Source of the DNA: a virus
Taxonomy: Duplodnaviria; Caudoviricetes
Reading direction: 5' to 3' (one strand)
IMG/VR virus record: IMGVR_UViG_3300037512_001279
Location: 1 to 64,000 of that record
DNA: 64,000 bases
Positions 39,334 through 49,800 of this stretch are shown here, one piece after another; the first letter of the stretch is position 1; each line of letters starts with the position of its first letter. A program made the translations under genes and the position numbers. Below the pieces are notes generated by a model that saw only the letters and a list, made by a program, of their open reading frames with translations, did not search any database and was not told the origin of the DNA.

Positions 39334-39909
39334 ATGACAGTAAAAGAATTTGTTACAAGCTATAATGCTGCAAAAACGTCTGCGGCAAAGGATGCGATTA
39401 TTAAGAAATTGAACGTAAAGGATTACGTTGACGTTAATACAAAGAGAACTTACATTAGTTTGGTTGTTGCAAAGGCTAATGCAGAATATGACAGTGACGG
39501 TAAGATTGTTGGCAGTAGATATAATTCAGTAATGCAGCACGTATTATTCACCGTTACGATGGTTCAGATGTATACAGACTTGGATATTGATTTTAAAAGA
39601 GAAAATGATCCTGACAATATTACGGAAGTTTACGATTTGCTCACAAAAAGTGGTTTGATTGACAAGATTGTTGAACTTATTGGCGAAAAGGAATTTAGTG
39701 AGTGCATGTTGTTCCTTGGTATGGAAAGTAATGATTTTGCTCAGAATGAGATGTCATTACAGGCATACGTCGGAGAAAAGATTCAGAGACTTATGGATTT
39801 AATCAGTGCGCTCTCATCTCCCGTCATTGATGAGATTAAGGATAAATTCAAAGATATCAATCCTGAAGATCTGAAGAAACTTATTGACGAGTTAAAAAAT
39901 GTCAACTAA
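39334..39909 (+). CDS. putative tail assembly chaperone
   Basis: 191 aa, YTD..YDLL..SGL motif, upstream of TMP. Confidence 0.55.
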   Translation: MTVKEFVTSYNAAKTSAAKDAIIKKLNVKDYVDVNTKRTYISLVVAKANAEYDSDGKIVGSRYNSVMQHVLFTVTMVQMYTDLDIDFKRENDPDNITEVYDLLTKSGLIDKIVELIGEKEFSECMLFLGMESNDFAQNEMSLQAYVGEKIQRLMDLISALSSPVIDEIKDKFKDINPEDLKKLIDELKNVN

Positions 39910-39995
39910 AATGAAGATTTATTTTTTTTAGGCTCTGTCGGTGTCACAGCCGGCGGAGCTTTTTACAATATTATTGAGGATTGGAGGTGTAGCAT

Positions 39996-40478
39996 ATGGG
40001 AGCTTTTAAGATAGATGAAAAAACAAGGAATGATTTAGAAAAAGCAGGCAGGAAAATGGCTAACAAATTAGCTGATGATGCAAAAGAAAAACTTGTTAAA
40101 AAATACATATCATTAATTAATGATTATTATGAAGATTATACTCCAAAGGTTGATAAGCATGGAATTCCATATTATCAAAGAACATTAAATTTATTTAATT
40201 CATATAGGCCATATAAAAAGAATCCACATAATACAATTTATTATGGAGGAGTTCAGATAACTGCTGATAAAATGTATGATTACGAATCTATTTCTGGAGA
40301 ACCATTTGCTGCACAAAGTTTACTTGATAAGTTTATATATACTAAAGATGGTACTTGGCATGGTGGTGACTGGCATGGCGGATATGGAGTTAAAGCTAAA
40401 TTTAGCATATCAGGAGAATTATTAGATTATAGAGATTATTTAGTACAGTATTATACTAAAAAATACTCTGTTAAATAA
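39996..40478 (+). CDS. putative tail component
   Basis: 160 aa, YY..Y.P...Y.RT motif, directly before TMP. Confidence 0.5.
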   Translation: MGAFKIDEKTRNDLEKAGRKMANKLADDAKEKLVKKYISLINDYYEDYTPKVDKHGIPYYQRTLNLFNSYRPYKKNPHNTIYYGGVQITADKMYDYESISGEPFAAQSLLDKFIYTKDGTWHGGDWHGGYGVKAKFSISGELLDYRDYLVQYYTKKYSVK

Positions 40479-40489
40479 AGGAGGTTAAA

Positions 40490-43400
40490 ATGGCTGGGAA
40501 TACTGTTAGTATAGGTTTTGACTACAGAAAACAATTAGAAAAAGCCTGTAAAGATATAGAGCAATCTTTTGATAAAGTAATATCTTCGAATGATTATGGC
40601 AAAGATTTTGAAAAACAGATAAAGAACTTTAAAACAATGATTGCCGACATGAAAGATGATCTTTCGGATTCTTTTAAAGCTTTGTCAGACGGGAAGTTAA
40701 GTACGGAAAAATTTGAATCCTTTAAAGAGAACGTTAATAAGAAACTTAAAAACATAAATGATAGAGTTTCAGATTTAACGACAAACATAGATCAATTAAA
40801 CAAGGCATTAGGTTTTACCGGAGATAGCGTTGATTTAACAAGTGCTATTAATCAATTTAAGGAGCTTCAAGAATATATAAATACAAACAATGAAGCCGTT
40901 GAAAGGTTATTAAAAACACTTCAAACAGTTGATGGAAATCTTGAAATAAATGTTCCAAAGTTTTCTATTGATGAGGCAAAAGCACAGATAAAGCTTCTAA
41001 AAGGAATGATTAATGATTTAATGCAGGGTTCAAAAGAAGATATTTCTAAAAAACTTGCATCAATGACATCTAGCCAAATAGAAGTACTTTATTATGATTT
41101 ATCAGATAAATTTTCTGAATTGCAAGAGAAAAAAGACGAATTATTAGGAAAGATAAATGCAGCGCCAGACCAAAAGGATGGCGCTGTTTTAGCATTTAGG
41201 TCTGAATTGTCGCAGGCAGAAATTGAGATATCTAAATTGGCAGAAGACATAGAGGAAATATTTCAGTATGCCGGAGAAAGAAAATTCAAGTGGTTTGATT
41301 CAACCAAAAACGATAAAACAACAGTAAAATTTAGAAATACAATTTTAGAAATTAATAACAGTTTTGATGAAATAGAGACTAAATCACAAAAAATAATTAC
41401 TGATTTGCAAAGATATGTTGATTCGTTTTCTAATACTACTGCTAAAGTATCAGACAAACTAGAGGCTAACACTGGCGAAGTAAATGTTCAAGTAAAAATA
41501 GCTACTAGAAATGCCACTCTTATAAATGAATTAAAAGATAAAATAGAAAAGTTGCAAGAAGCATTAAATAATAAACCTCTAATTTTACCTGTAAAAATGG
41601 TTGTATCAAATGCCAGAACTACAAGCGAAGACCCATTAAAAACTAGCAAAGATGCAATAAATAAGGCAAGGAAGAAATTAAAAGAATCAACTGAAGATGT
41701 AGATATGGCAGATGCAATTCCAAAGCAGACATTGAAACAGGCTCTTATTAATGCTGAACGTGCTGCGAAGGAATCGTTTACTAGAATCCAAGAAATCTTT
41801 GATAAAACTCCTATCAACATTCATTTAACTGTTCCAGAGGAAGAAATACAGAAAATATCTGATTCTGTGTTTAGTGAAGACGGTAAAACTAAAATTGACA
41901 TTTCAAAACAAATAGATAATGCAAAAAAGAGAACGGATGAATTAATAAAATCTCTTAAAGAGGCAGATGAGACTGCATCAAAAACATTAAAAAAGAATAA
42001 ATATGCAGGGCTTGCTGAAGAAATACAAAAAAGCTTATCAGGGCTTGAAAGTCTTAAAGACATTCTTACTGCTATTCGTGATTTAGAAAGCACTCTTGGC
42101 AGAGCTACAAATGTAGCGACGAATAGTGATATTACTACTCAATGGAATAAAGTAAAGTTTTGGTTTGATTATATTTCTGATGAATCTGACAATATTAACT
42201 TTAATAAGCAAAGAGATCAAATAAATACATTGATGTCTGAATATCAGAAATACCTAAAAATGGGTGGACAAAATCCTCTTAGAAATCTTACCGATAATGA
42301 AGAAACAATAAGAAAATTATATAATAGATTCAACAAATTAAAAGACGTATCAGGAGATAAAATTGATGTCTCCGGAGAAGTTAAATCATTCAATGAAATA
42401 ACGGGTGCGGTTGATGAGTTAACCGTTGCTATTGGTGAAAAGAAAGTAGATGCAATAAATCAAGAAGCTTTGGCAATGGAAAGTGCTGCAGAAAGAGAAG
42501 TCAAAGCAATAAAATCAATAGACGACGAAATATCAGCGGCTCATTCTTCAGGGAAAAAAAATAAGCAGGATAAAGAATTAAAGAAAGAAAATATCCAAAA
42601 CATAGATGAATCTTCTTCTAAAATTACAGAAGAGTCTTTTGCTCTAGATAAAACTGCTGAATCAGCTGCGAATGCTGCAGAAGCAAAAGACAAATTTAGA
42701 AAATCTAATGAACTTCTTGCTACGAGTGCAAAAGATTCTGCAGATGCGTTGGCTATTGAAACTAATGCCCTGCAAGTTATTGAGAATATTGATTTAGATC
42801 ATAATTCTGATGAATTTAGAAATGCAGCAGAAGCCGCAAGAATGTATTGTGACGGGCTTGGCGAAATAGCTTCTATTACAAGAACATCCGGAACATATAA
42901 TACATATAACAGAAATACAGGCGAAATGGAACAAATGCTAAGAACATCGTACAGAGTTACTGATGTTAATGGCAATAGTCGTACGTTTAATCCACAAGGC
43001 AATATAATTGGTGCTAAAGATATTATAAATGCTACTGCCGCATATAGAGAATACTTAAAGATACAAGAACAAGTTTTTGCGATTAATAAAAAAGAGGCAT
43101 CTGGACAAGAATTATTAAATAGAGAAATTTCAGATAGAGAAAGTTTACTTAGAAAGCTTTCAGAACAAGAGGAATTAATTAATTCAATTGAGTCTAGAGG
43201 CCTTGAAAATTCTGAACTTAGAGAAGAAGTTGAAAGGCGAAGAATCGCAAATCAAAGGACTATTCAACAAATACAAAAAAATAGTATCTTAAACGGGCCT
43301 CTTGAAGGTTACGAAAGACAATTCTCATCATTAAATACAGATAAAAATTTATCAAAACAAACCGACGAATATAGAAGCAGATTGTTAGAGATTAATGATT

Positions 43401-44377
43401 TACTTCAAAGATTACAGGCATATAGAGACATAGATATATTTACAGATGAAGACGTTAATGATGTTACAAATTTAAGAACGCAGATAGATGGTTTATTTAA
43501 TGACTTATCCAACATGGATAAGGCTGCGAATAAGGCAAAGTCTTCCAGCGTACTTTCAAACATTACCGACTTCATAGCAAAAAATAGCAGGTTAAATTTG
43601 TCAAAACAAGGTAAGGAATACCTTTCTCAACTTGAAGAGTTACAGGATAGACTAAGAAGGGTTGGTCTTACTTCTAATGACATTCAAGATGTTGTTGCTG
43701 AGTTTAACAGATTAAAAATACAAATTACAGAAGCAGGGCTGGCTGGAAGAAGCTTTTTTGACATTATGAAGTCAAAAGCTTTCTATATGGCTGCTGAATA
43801 TCTCGCAAGGTATTTTAGTTTGCAAGATATTATTCGCTATATTAAAACTGCTGCCCAAAATGTTATTAATCTTAATACTCAGTTTACTGAGCTTGCAAAA
43901 GTTTCAGATACAAGCATTAAAAAACTCAATGCAGACTTTAAAGCATACGCAGACACAGCAAAAGAACTTGGTAGTACAATCACCGACACAATTTCTGCAA
44001 CGGCAGACTGGGCTAGAATGGGATATAATATTCCTGATAGCAAAGAACTCGCCCGTGTTGCTTTGATTTATAAGAATGTTGGCGACGGTATTGATATAAG
44101 TGCTGCAAACGAATCACTGATTTCTACATTACAAGGTTTCCAAATGGAAGCAAAAGACGCGTTACATATAATTGACGTGTTCAACGAAACTTCGAACAAC
44201 TTCGCAATTAGTTCGGCTGGAATTGGTGAAGCGTTACAAAGAAGTGCAGCTTCGTTTAATGCTGCTCATACGAGTCTTGAAAAATCTGTATCACTTGTTA
44301 CAACAACAAATACTGTATTACAAGATCCACAAGTTGTCGGAAATTTGTGGAAGACCATGAGTGCTCGAATTCGCGGT
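40490..44377 (+). CDS. tape measure protein exon 1 (join 40490..44377,44783..45319,46875..52058; 3202 aa)
   Basis: Long coiled coil ending in TP901-type TMP core (..WARMG..NNFAIS..SARIRG). Confidence 0.85.
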
Positions 44378-44782
44378 AAATTTGTGCCGTTTTATAGCGA
44401 AAGCTATAATGTGTGTTTCGAGTAAAAAATAATTACACACATAGATAACTATATAAGTCAAAAGATGATGGGACATCAGAGACTTAGGAAAGACTTATGA
44501 TTTTTATATATTTTTTAATTGGATGAAGAAGCCTGATTATTTAGCACTACAATTATAAAATATAAAAATCATAAGTATCCCAAGAGACTGCAGGACGCAT
44601 GTGGTAACATATGTGTTGAAGTTATCCCACTCTCCTATTATAGGAAATGGTAATATACAGTCCGATCCTACAATATAATCCCAAATTAATAAAATGAAAT
44701 GTAGGAATTTGGTAGAAATACCAAATCGCCATATATTATGGTCATAAAACTATTTCTCTGTATAGTTTAAGTAACAGAATTG
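44378..44782 (+). mobile_element. group I intron A in TMP (ORF-less, 405 nt)
   Basis: P1 CGGT/GCCG (U-G), P10 TTTGT/GCAAA, P3 GATAACT/AGTTATC, P4 TAAGTC/GACTTA, P7 GACTG/CAGTC, terminal G 44782; splicing gives ARIRG-AKTELEE. Confidence 0.9.
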
Positions 44783-45319
44783 GCAAAAACAGAGCTTGAA
44801 GAATTAAATGAAGAAGAGGATGAATTTACTGAGTCTACTTCTAAATTAAGAAGCCTTGTAAAAGGCCTTACTGGATTTGATATCATGCAAGATGAAGATA
44901 CATTCAAAGATTTGTATGATATTATTATTGGCATTGGTAAAGAGTGGAAAAATTTAACAGACATAGAGCGTGCTAGTCTTGGAGAGGCATTGGCTGGAAA
45001 AAGAATGGCGAACGGTCTTTACGCAGTGCTTGATAATCTAGATACTCTAGAAAAGGCATATAAAACTGCATCTGAATCTGATGGTTCCGCAATGCGTGAA
45101 CAGGAAAGATATCAACAGTCAATTCAATATTCAATTGACAGAACAAAAGCTTCTATTGAAGAGCTGTCAAACTCTTTACTTAATTCTGATTTACTCAAAT
45201 TCCTAGTTGATGTTGCAAACGGATTTGTTAACATTACAAATGAAGTAGTAAAATTCTCCGGTCTTCTCGGAACTATCGGCATCGGTGCTGGAGCATTTGC
45301 CGGAATAAAAAATCTCGGT
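44783..45319 (+). CDS. tape measure protein exon 2
   Basis: AKTELEE..IGKEW..L...E.LAGKR TMP-core continuation; no RBS of its own. Confidence 0.85.
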
Positions 45320-45376
45320 AGGAGTAAAAAGTTTCTCCTCAATTCATTGATGATTTGAAAATTTTTCAAAAATCTC

Positions 45377-45405
45377 TTGCATTTTATATGTACAGAGAAT
45401 ATAAT
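45377..45405 (+). promoter_or_regulatory. sigmaA promoter of candidate antitoxin RNA
   Basis: TTGCAT-N17-TATAAT. Confidence 0.7.
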
Positions 45406-45411
45406 TATATA

Positions 45412-45512
45412 AAAAGAAGAGGTAGTACCGTAGGACAAACGGTTCACCACAGTTTATAGTTACTGTATCAAATTAGCAACCACATACCTTGGGGAAGGGC
45501 GGTTGCTTTTTT
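45412..45512 (+). ncRNA. candidate type I antitoxin sRNA (about 100 nt)
   Basis: Lies between a sigmaA promoter and an AGCAACC..GGTTGCT+T-run terminator, antisense to the 3' UTR of the small peptide gene. Confidence 0.55.
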
Positions 45513-45518
45513 GATGGT

Positions 45519-45611
45519 TTATTTTTTGAAATGATCTAAGTACAAGCCGTAGATTACAACAACCGTCTGAACAGTTGCTACGGCAAGTGCTAAGATAGCT
45601 ATTACCATCAT
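45519..45611 (-). CDS. candidate type I toxin, 30-aa TM peptide MMVIAILALAVATVQTVVVIYGLYLDHFKK
   Basis: Translated by hand (below ORF-track cut-off); hydrophobic helix with basic C-terminus; GAAGGGG RBS; overlapped by a leader ORF in another frame. Confidence 0.65.
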   Translation of the reverse strand: MMVIAILALAVATVQTVVVIYGLYLDHFKK

Positions 45612-45767
45612 AGTACTTTCGTACCCCTTCGTTCTTATTTGCCATAGGCATCACTCTCCTTTTATTAGCGAAAAGTATTCCTTTGGCAGTTCTTTGGTTA
45701 AAGAACAACCAAGCGACTGAAGGGTGAACCGCTTACCCGTTTTAGTACTATCCTCTTCTTGTGCATT

Positions 45768-45796
45768 ATAATACTTTAAAGCATTCAAATTGTCAA
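45768..45796 (-). promoter_or_regulatory. sigmaA promoter of toxin mRNA
   Basis: TTGACA-N17-TATTAT on minus strand. Confidence 0.7.
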
Positions 45797-46179
45797 TAAA
45801 AAATATGCCGAGGCTCACGTCGTTTTATCCAGTAATGGAATTTTTGTCGTGAGTGAGTGGATACGCTACCACAACATAAACACCCAATATGATCCTAATG
45901 GATGCGCATGAGCAAACATGCGCCTGGGAAATGACATAATCCATTACTACTCTCCCGCTTTGGGTTTGTGAAAATGTAATGGATGTCATGGTCAGCAGGG
46001 AAGCTTCTGTTTACAGGAGAACCCCCACAGTAATGATATGGGTGGTAATATTAGCCTGAAACGACTAACATTACAATAGACATTCGAAACTAACCGACAT
46101 GGCGGTAATTTGCAGGAGGAAGTACTCTCCTCTCCATGAATTGTTGGGGCAGATCGGACTGCCTGAGTATGTCCAAAGT

Positions 46180-46209
46180 AAAAGCAACCACATAACGCGG
46201 TTGCTTTTT
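46180..46209. terminator. bidirectional intrinsic terminator ending the antisense cargo genes
   Basis: AAAAGCAACC-ACATAACGC-GGTTGCTTTTT. Confidence 0.7.
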
Positions 46210-46238
46210 GAAATAAAATCAAAATTTTATTTGATAGG

Positions 46239-46538
46239 TTACATAAACTTAAACAAATATATAAAAAATACAATTATGCTTATAACAATCCATGATATTA
46301 AAAATTTCTTGAAAAATCTTATATTTTTATTTATAGTACGAAGATGTTGCGTGATTTCTTCTAATTGTTCGTAAGCATCAAACTCGTAACACTCTTCCAT
46401 TTCGACATTGCAGTCTTTGCAATAAGTATCAGGTTCATCAGATGGTAGGTTGGCATAATCATTACATTCAGGGCATTTATATCTCTTGTATTTAATCATA
46501 ATATTATCTCTCCTTATACTAAGTATAAATAATAACAA
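46239..46538 (-). CDS. zinc-ribbon protein with C-terminal TM helix (intron cargo); true start probably MIKYK near 46499
   Basis: CPEC..CKDC, C-terminal hydrophobic helix, AAGGAG RBS. Confidence 0.7.
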   Translation of the reverse strand: MLLFILSIRRDNIMIKYKRYKCPECNDYANLPSDEPDTYCKDCNVEMEECYEFDAYEQLEEITQHLRTINKNIRFFKKFLISWIVISIIVFFIYLFKFM

Positions 46539-46815
46539 GAATTATTCCGCAAATTAATTCTAAAATCGTTAAAACAAAAAAGAATTTCATCATTTTATAA
46601 ATGCCATGTACGTCTTTCTCTAAATTATATGTTTTTTCAGTTGTCTGAGTGTTGTTAATATTTTCAACAACAGCTTCCGTCGTTGCTTCTACCTCACCAA
46701 AATTCTCAAGAGATCCTCCACAAACACGACATATTGATGGAACTTTATCTTCTGGTGAGATTTTGTATTCTTTGCCGCATTTATAGCAAACATATTTTTT
46801 TATTATATCCCCCAA
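46519..46815 (-). CDS. zinc-ribbon protein with C-terminal TM helix (intron cargo)
   Basis: CYKC..CRVC, C-terminal hydrophobic helix, GGAGGTG RBS before TTG. Confidence 0.75.
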   Translation of the reverse strand: MGDIIKKYVCYKCGKEYKISPEDKVPSICRVCGGSLENFGEVEATTEAVVENINNTQTTEKTYNLEKDVHGIYKMMKFFFVLTILELICGIILVIIYT

Positions 46816-46837
46816 TTGACATCACCTCCATATTTTA

Positions 46838-46866
46838 AGTATATCAACCAACATGATATTAGTCAA
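46838..46866 (-). promoter_or_regulatory. sigmaA promoter for antisense cargo genes
   Basis: TTGACT-N17-TATACT with TG extension. Confidence 0.7.
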
Positions 46867-46874
46867 ATAGTTTG

Positions 46875-49800
46875 AAATTTTTAGGAACACTTCCACAACT
46901 TAAAACCGCAATATCTTCTATTAGTGGATTATCTACAGATTTATTAGCAAATGGAGCTGATGGTTACATAAATGCAGTTAAAGGAATGACTGCACAAAAC
47001 GCTCTTCTTGTATTGTCTTATAAGAATTTAAGCGCAGCAGAAAAGAAAGAGATTCTTATCAAGGCCGGTGTTATTTCTGCTGATCAAGAGTTAATTGGAG
47101 AAAATGCACTTTTAGCTAAGTCAAATATCTCATTATCCGGAACATTTGGTATTATTGCAAGGAAGGCTGCTATGTCTGCTGCAGCAATTTTATCCAATCC
47201 AATTACATGGCTAGTTGGTGCAGTAGCCGCAACTACAATTGCAATAAAGAAAATGAACGAAGCCGTAGAAGAAGGCAGAGATAAAGCACAGGAATTGGGT
47301 TCGGAATTTGCAGATATTTCGCAAGAGCTTGATTCTTATAAAGAAAAAATAACTGAATTAACAGACAAAATAAAAGACCAGAAATCTTCAATCGAAACCG
47401 TGGTTGATTCAAGAAGACAGCTTGGTAAAATTCAGGATGAGCTTGTAAATAAATACGGTCATGAAGCAGAAGTAATTAATGCTGTTACAGATGCTATTAA
47501 TGGTCAGTCAGATGCAATAAATAATCTGTTTAATACAGTGTCTGCAGATGAGTGGCAAAAGGTAATGAACCAAATTAATAACACTGGTTTTTGGGCAAAT
47601 GCGGCGAACTGGCGTGACAACTACAAAGATCAGGTTGATCGTATAGAGCATGAATTATTTAATGAAACATATTCATTAACCGCTGCTGATAGCAGAATAT
47701 CTGTAGAACAAAGAAAATATTTTAAGAGCCTGCTTACTGAAAGGGGATGGACATATAATGAAGATAATATGTTCATGCAGTACACCGGAAGTAGAGAAAA
47801 AGCATTAAATGATATTCTTGATATTCAACAGGAGTTATCAAAGAAATTTGGCGATGATTTATCAAAAGTTCTATCTAAGACATTAACAGATTCATATAAC
47901 AGCATTAATGAAGTCTACGAAAAGTATAAAGAATTCAAAGATCAGTTTGTATTAAATTCTGTAATATTTAATCCACAGTACATGTTACAAAATGGTGAAG
48001 CAAACGGAGATTACCTTGCAAATGTATTATTAGGTTTAGAGGAAGAATACGAAGCATATATTTCGGCAGCAAACGAAGATGCTCAAAAGGCTGCCCTGCA
48101 AGGTCTTGCAAATCACCTAAGAGAGATTTTCAGCGAAGAAAATATTCCACAACTTGTTAAGGATTACATTAAACAATTATTCCCAACAATTTTTACAGAA
48201 GAAGATACAAAAATCACTCAAATAGAAAACGCAAAAAATCTTGCTAGAAATAAGGCATACGACAGTTTATATGCTGAAGCTTCTGGCTCTATGAATCGTA
48301 CTGATCAAGAAAAATTCAGAGAAGCTACTGGATTTGACAAAAAATACAATGCATTCATAGAAGAATATAAGATTGACTCCGAAGAAGAACTTGAACTTCT
48401 TGATGCATATATTGCAAAATATAAAGATCTTGATAAGGCATTTAGCCGGTATGCACAGGATGTAAAAACAGAATCACCTGTTCTTGATTACGAAGGCAAA
48501 AAAGACAGATCTAATTATACCGCCGACGATTACATAGAAGAAACAAAGTCTAACATCATTTCTCTTGGTGACGCTCTTAATAAACTTCAGACTAAAACAA
48601 TGACGTCTGCAGACAGAATGGCATTGTTTAAAGATTTTCCTGAGTTAGAATCAAGAGCAAACGACCTTGAAGAAGCGATTGGCGAAAAACTCGTCGGAGC
48701 AATTGATACATTAGAAAAGACAACCGGTAAGCAGTTAGCGCCTGAAATTAGACAGGGACTATTTGAACTTACTAGCGGCGCACTTCAAGCAAACAGAACT
48801 CTTAATGAAACGTTTAATACAATTAAAAACAGTTCAAGTGTTCTTAAGGAATTTAAGACAACTCTTAAGAATGGCGATCCAATTACTGAATCACTACTCT
48901 CTTCCATCGCAGGATTAAGTGACGAACTTGACACCTTAGTCGCAGGATTCTATGGCGGCGTTGTAACAGTTGAAGAGCTTTATGATGCCGTTGAAAAACA
49001 GCGTGAAGTTGATTTTGAGCGTTACAAGCAGTCTTACATAATGAAGCAGGCGCTCGATGAGAATTACTATAAAAATGCCATTGCGGGGCATAAAGAAGTA
49101 GTAAAACTGTTTAATGAACAGTATAAGATAGACCTTAGAAATTATACAAGCTATCAGATGGCGAAGTCTGAAGTTCAAAAGAAGATTCTTGGTCAGAATA
49201 TGAAGATGATATCTTTATATTATGACATTGAACAGATGCAATATACGGATGCCTATGCTAAACTTGAGAATGAAGCAAAGGCTTCTGTTGGACATTCTTA
49301 TGGCGAATATACAAAAGTTCGTTCTCTAATAAACGAATATAAACAAGCCATTGATGACCTTAATCAAATCGGCTGGACTGACTTCTTGGATGAACTTGAC
49401 AAGATGACTCTTGGCGATTTTGACAAGATTTCGGGTTCTACTAAGGATTATAAGGAACTCTTCGACTTCTTTGAGCGTCGTCTCGAAATTATTGATCAAT
49501 CGCTTAATAAGCTCGACGCATCACTTGAAGAAGTAAACGGCTCCATGGCAAAGAACATTCTTATTGCCGGTAAGATGAACATCGTGTCGAAACAGATTCA
49601 GGACTACACTTCTGCCCTCACGATGTACGAAAATAAGGCAAATCAGGAGCTGTCAAAACTCTCTGCAGACATGCAGGAAAAGATTAAGAACGGCTCTGTA
49701 AGCATTACTCAGCTTATTGGCGAGAATGGCGAAGAAGTTAACAAGACACTCGAGGAATACAAGAAGTGGGCAGACAAAGTAAACGACTGCAACGTTAAAC

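Larger units (their letters stand above)
45320..46874 (+). mobile_element. atypical cargo-carrying group I-like intron B in TMP (1555 nt)
   Basis: P1 CTCGGT(45314-19)/GCCGAG(45807-12), P10 AAAAATAT/AAATTTTT, P3 CCCAATA/TGTTGGG, P7 GACAT/ATGTC, P8 GGCAG/CTGCC, P9.0 AAA/TTT before G46874; in-frame junction KNLG-KFLG. Confidence 0.7.

Noticed and set aside
45460-45708. 82-aa minus-strand ORF as the toxin
   Set aside because: Not hydrophobic; the toxin-like peptide is in another frame, and this ORF is at most a leader starting at 45651
46862-46870. Alternative 3' splice sites at G46862 or G46870
   Set aside because: G46870 is out of frame; G46862 is in frame but lacks the P10 and P9.0 pairings that support G46874
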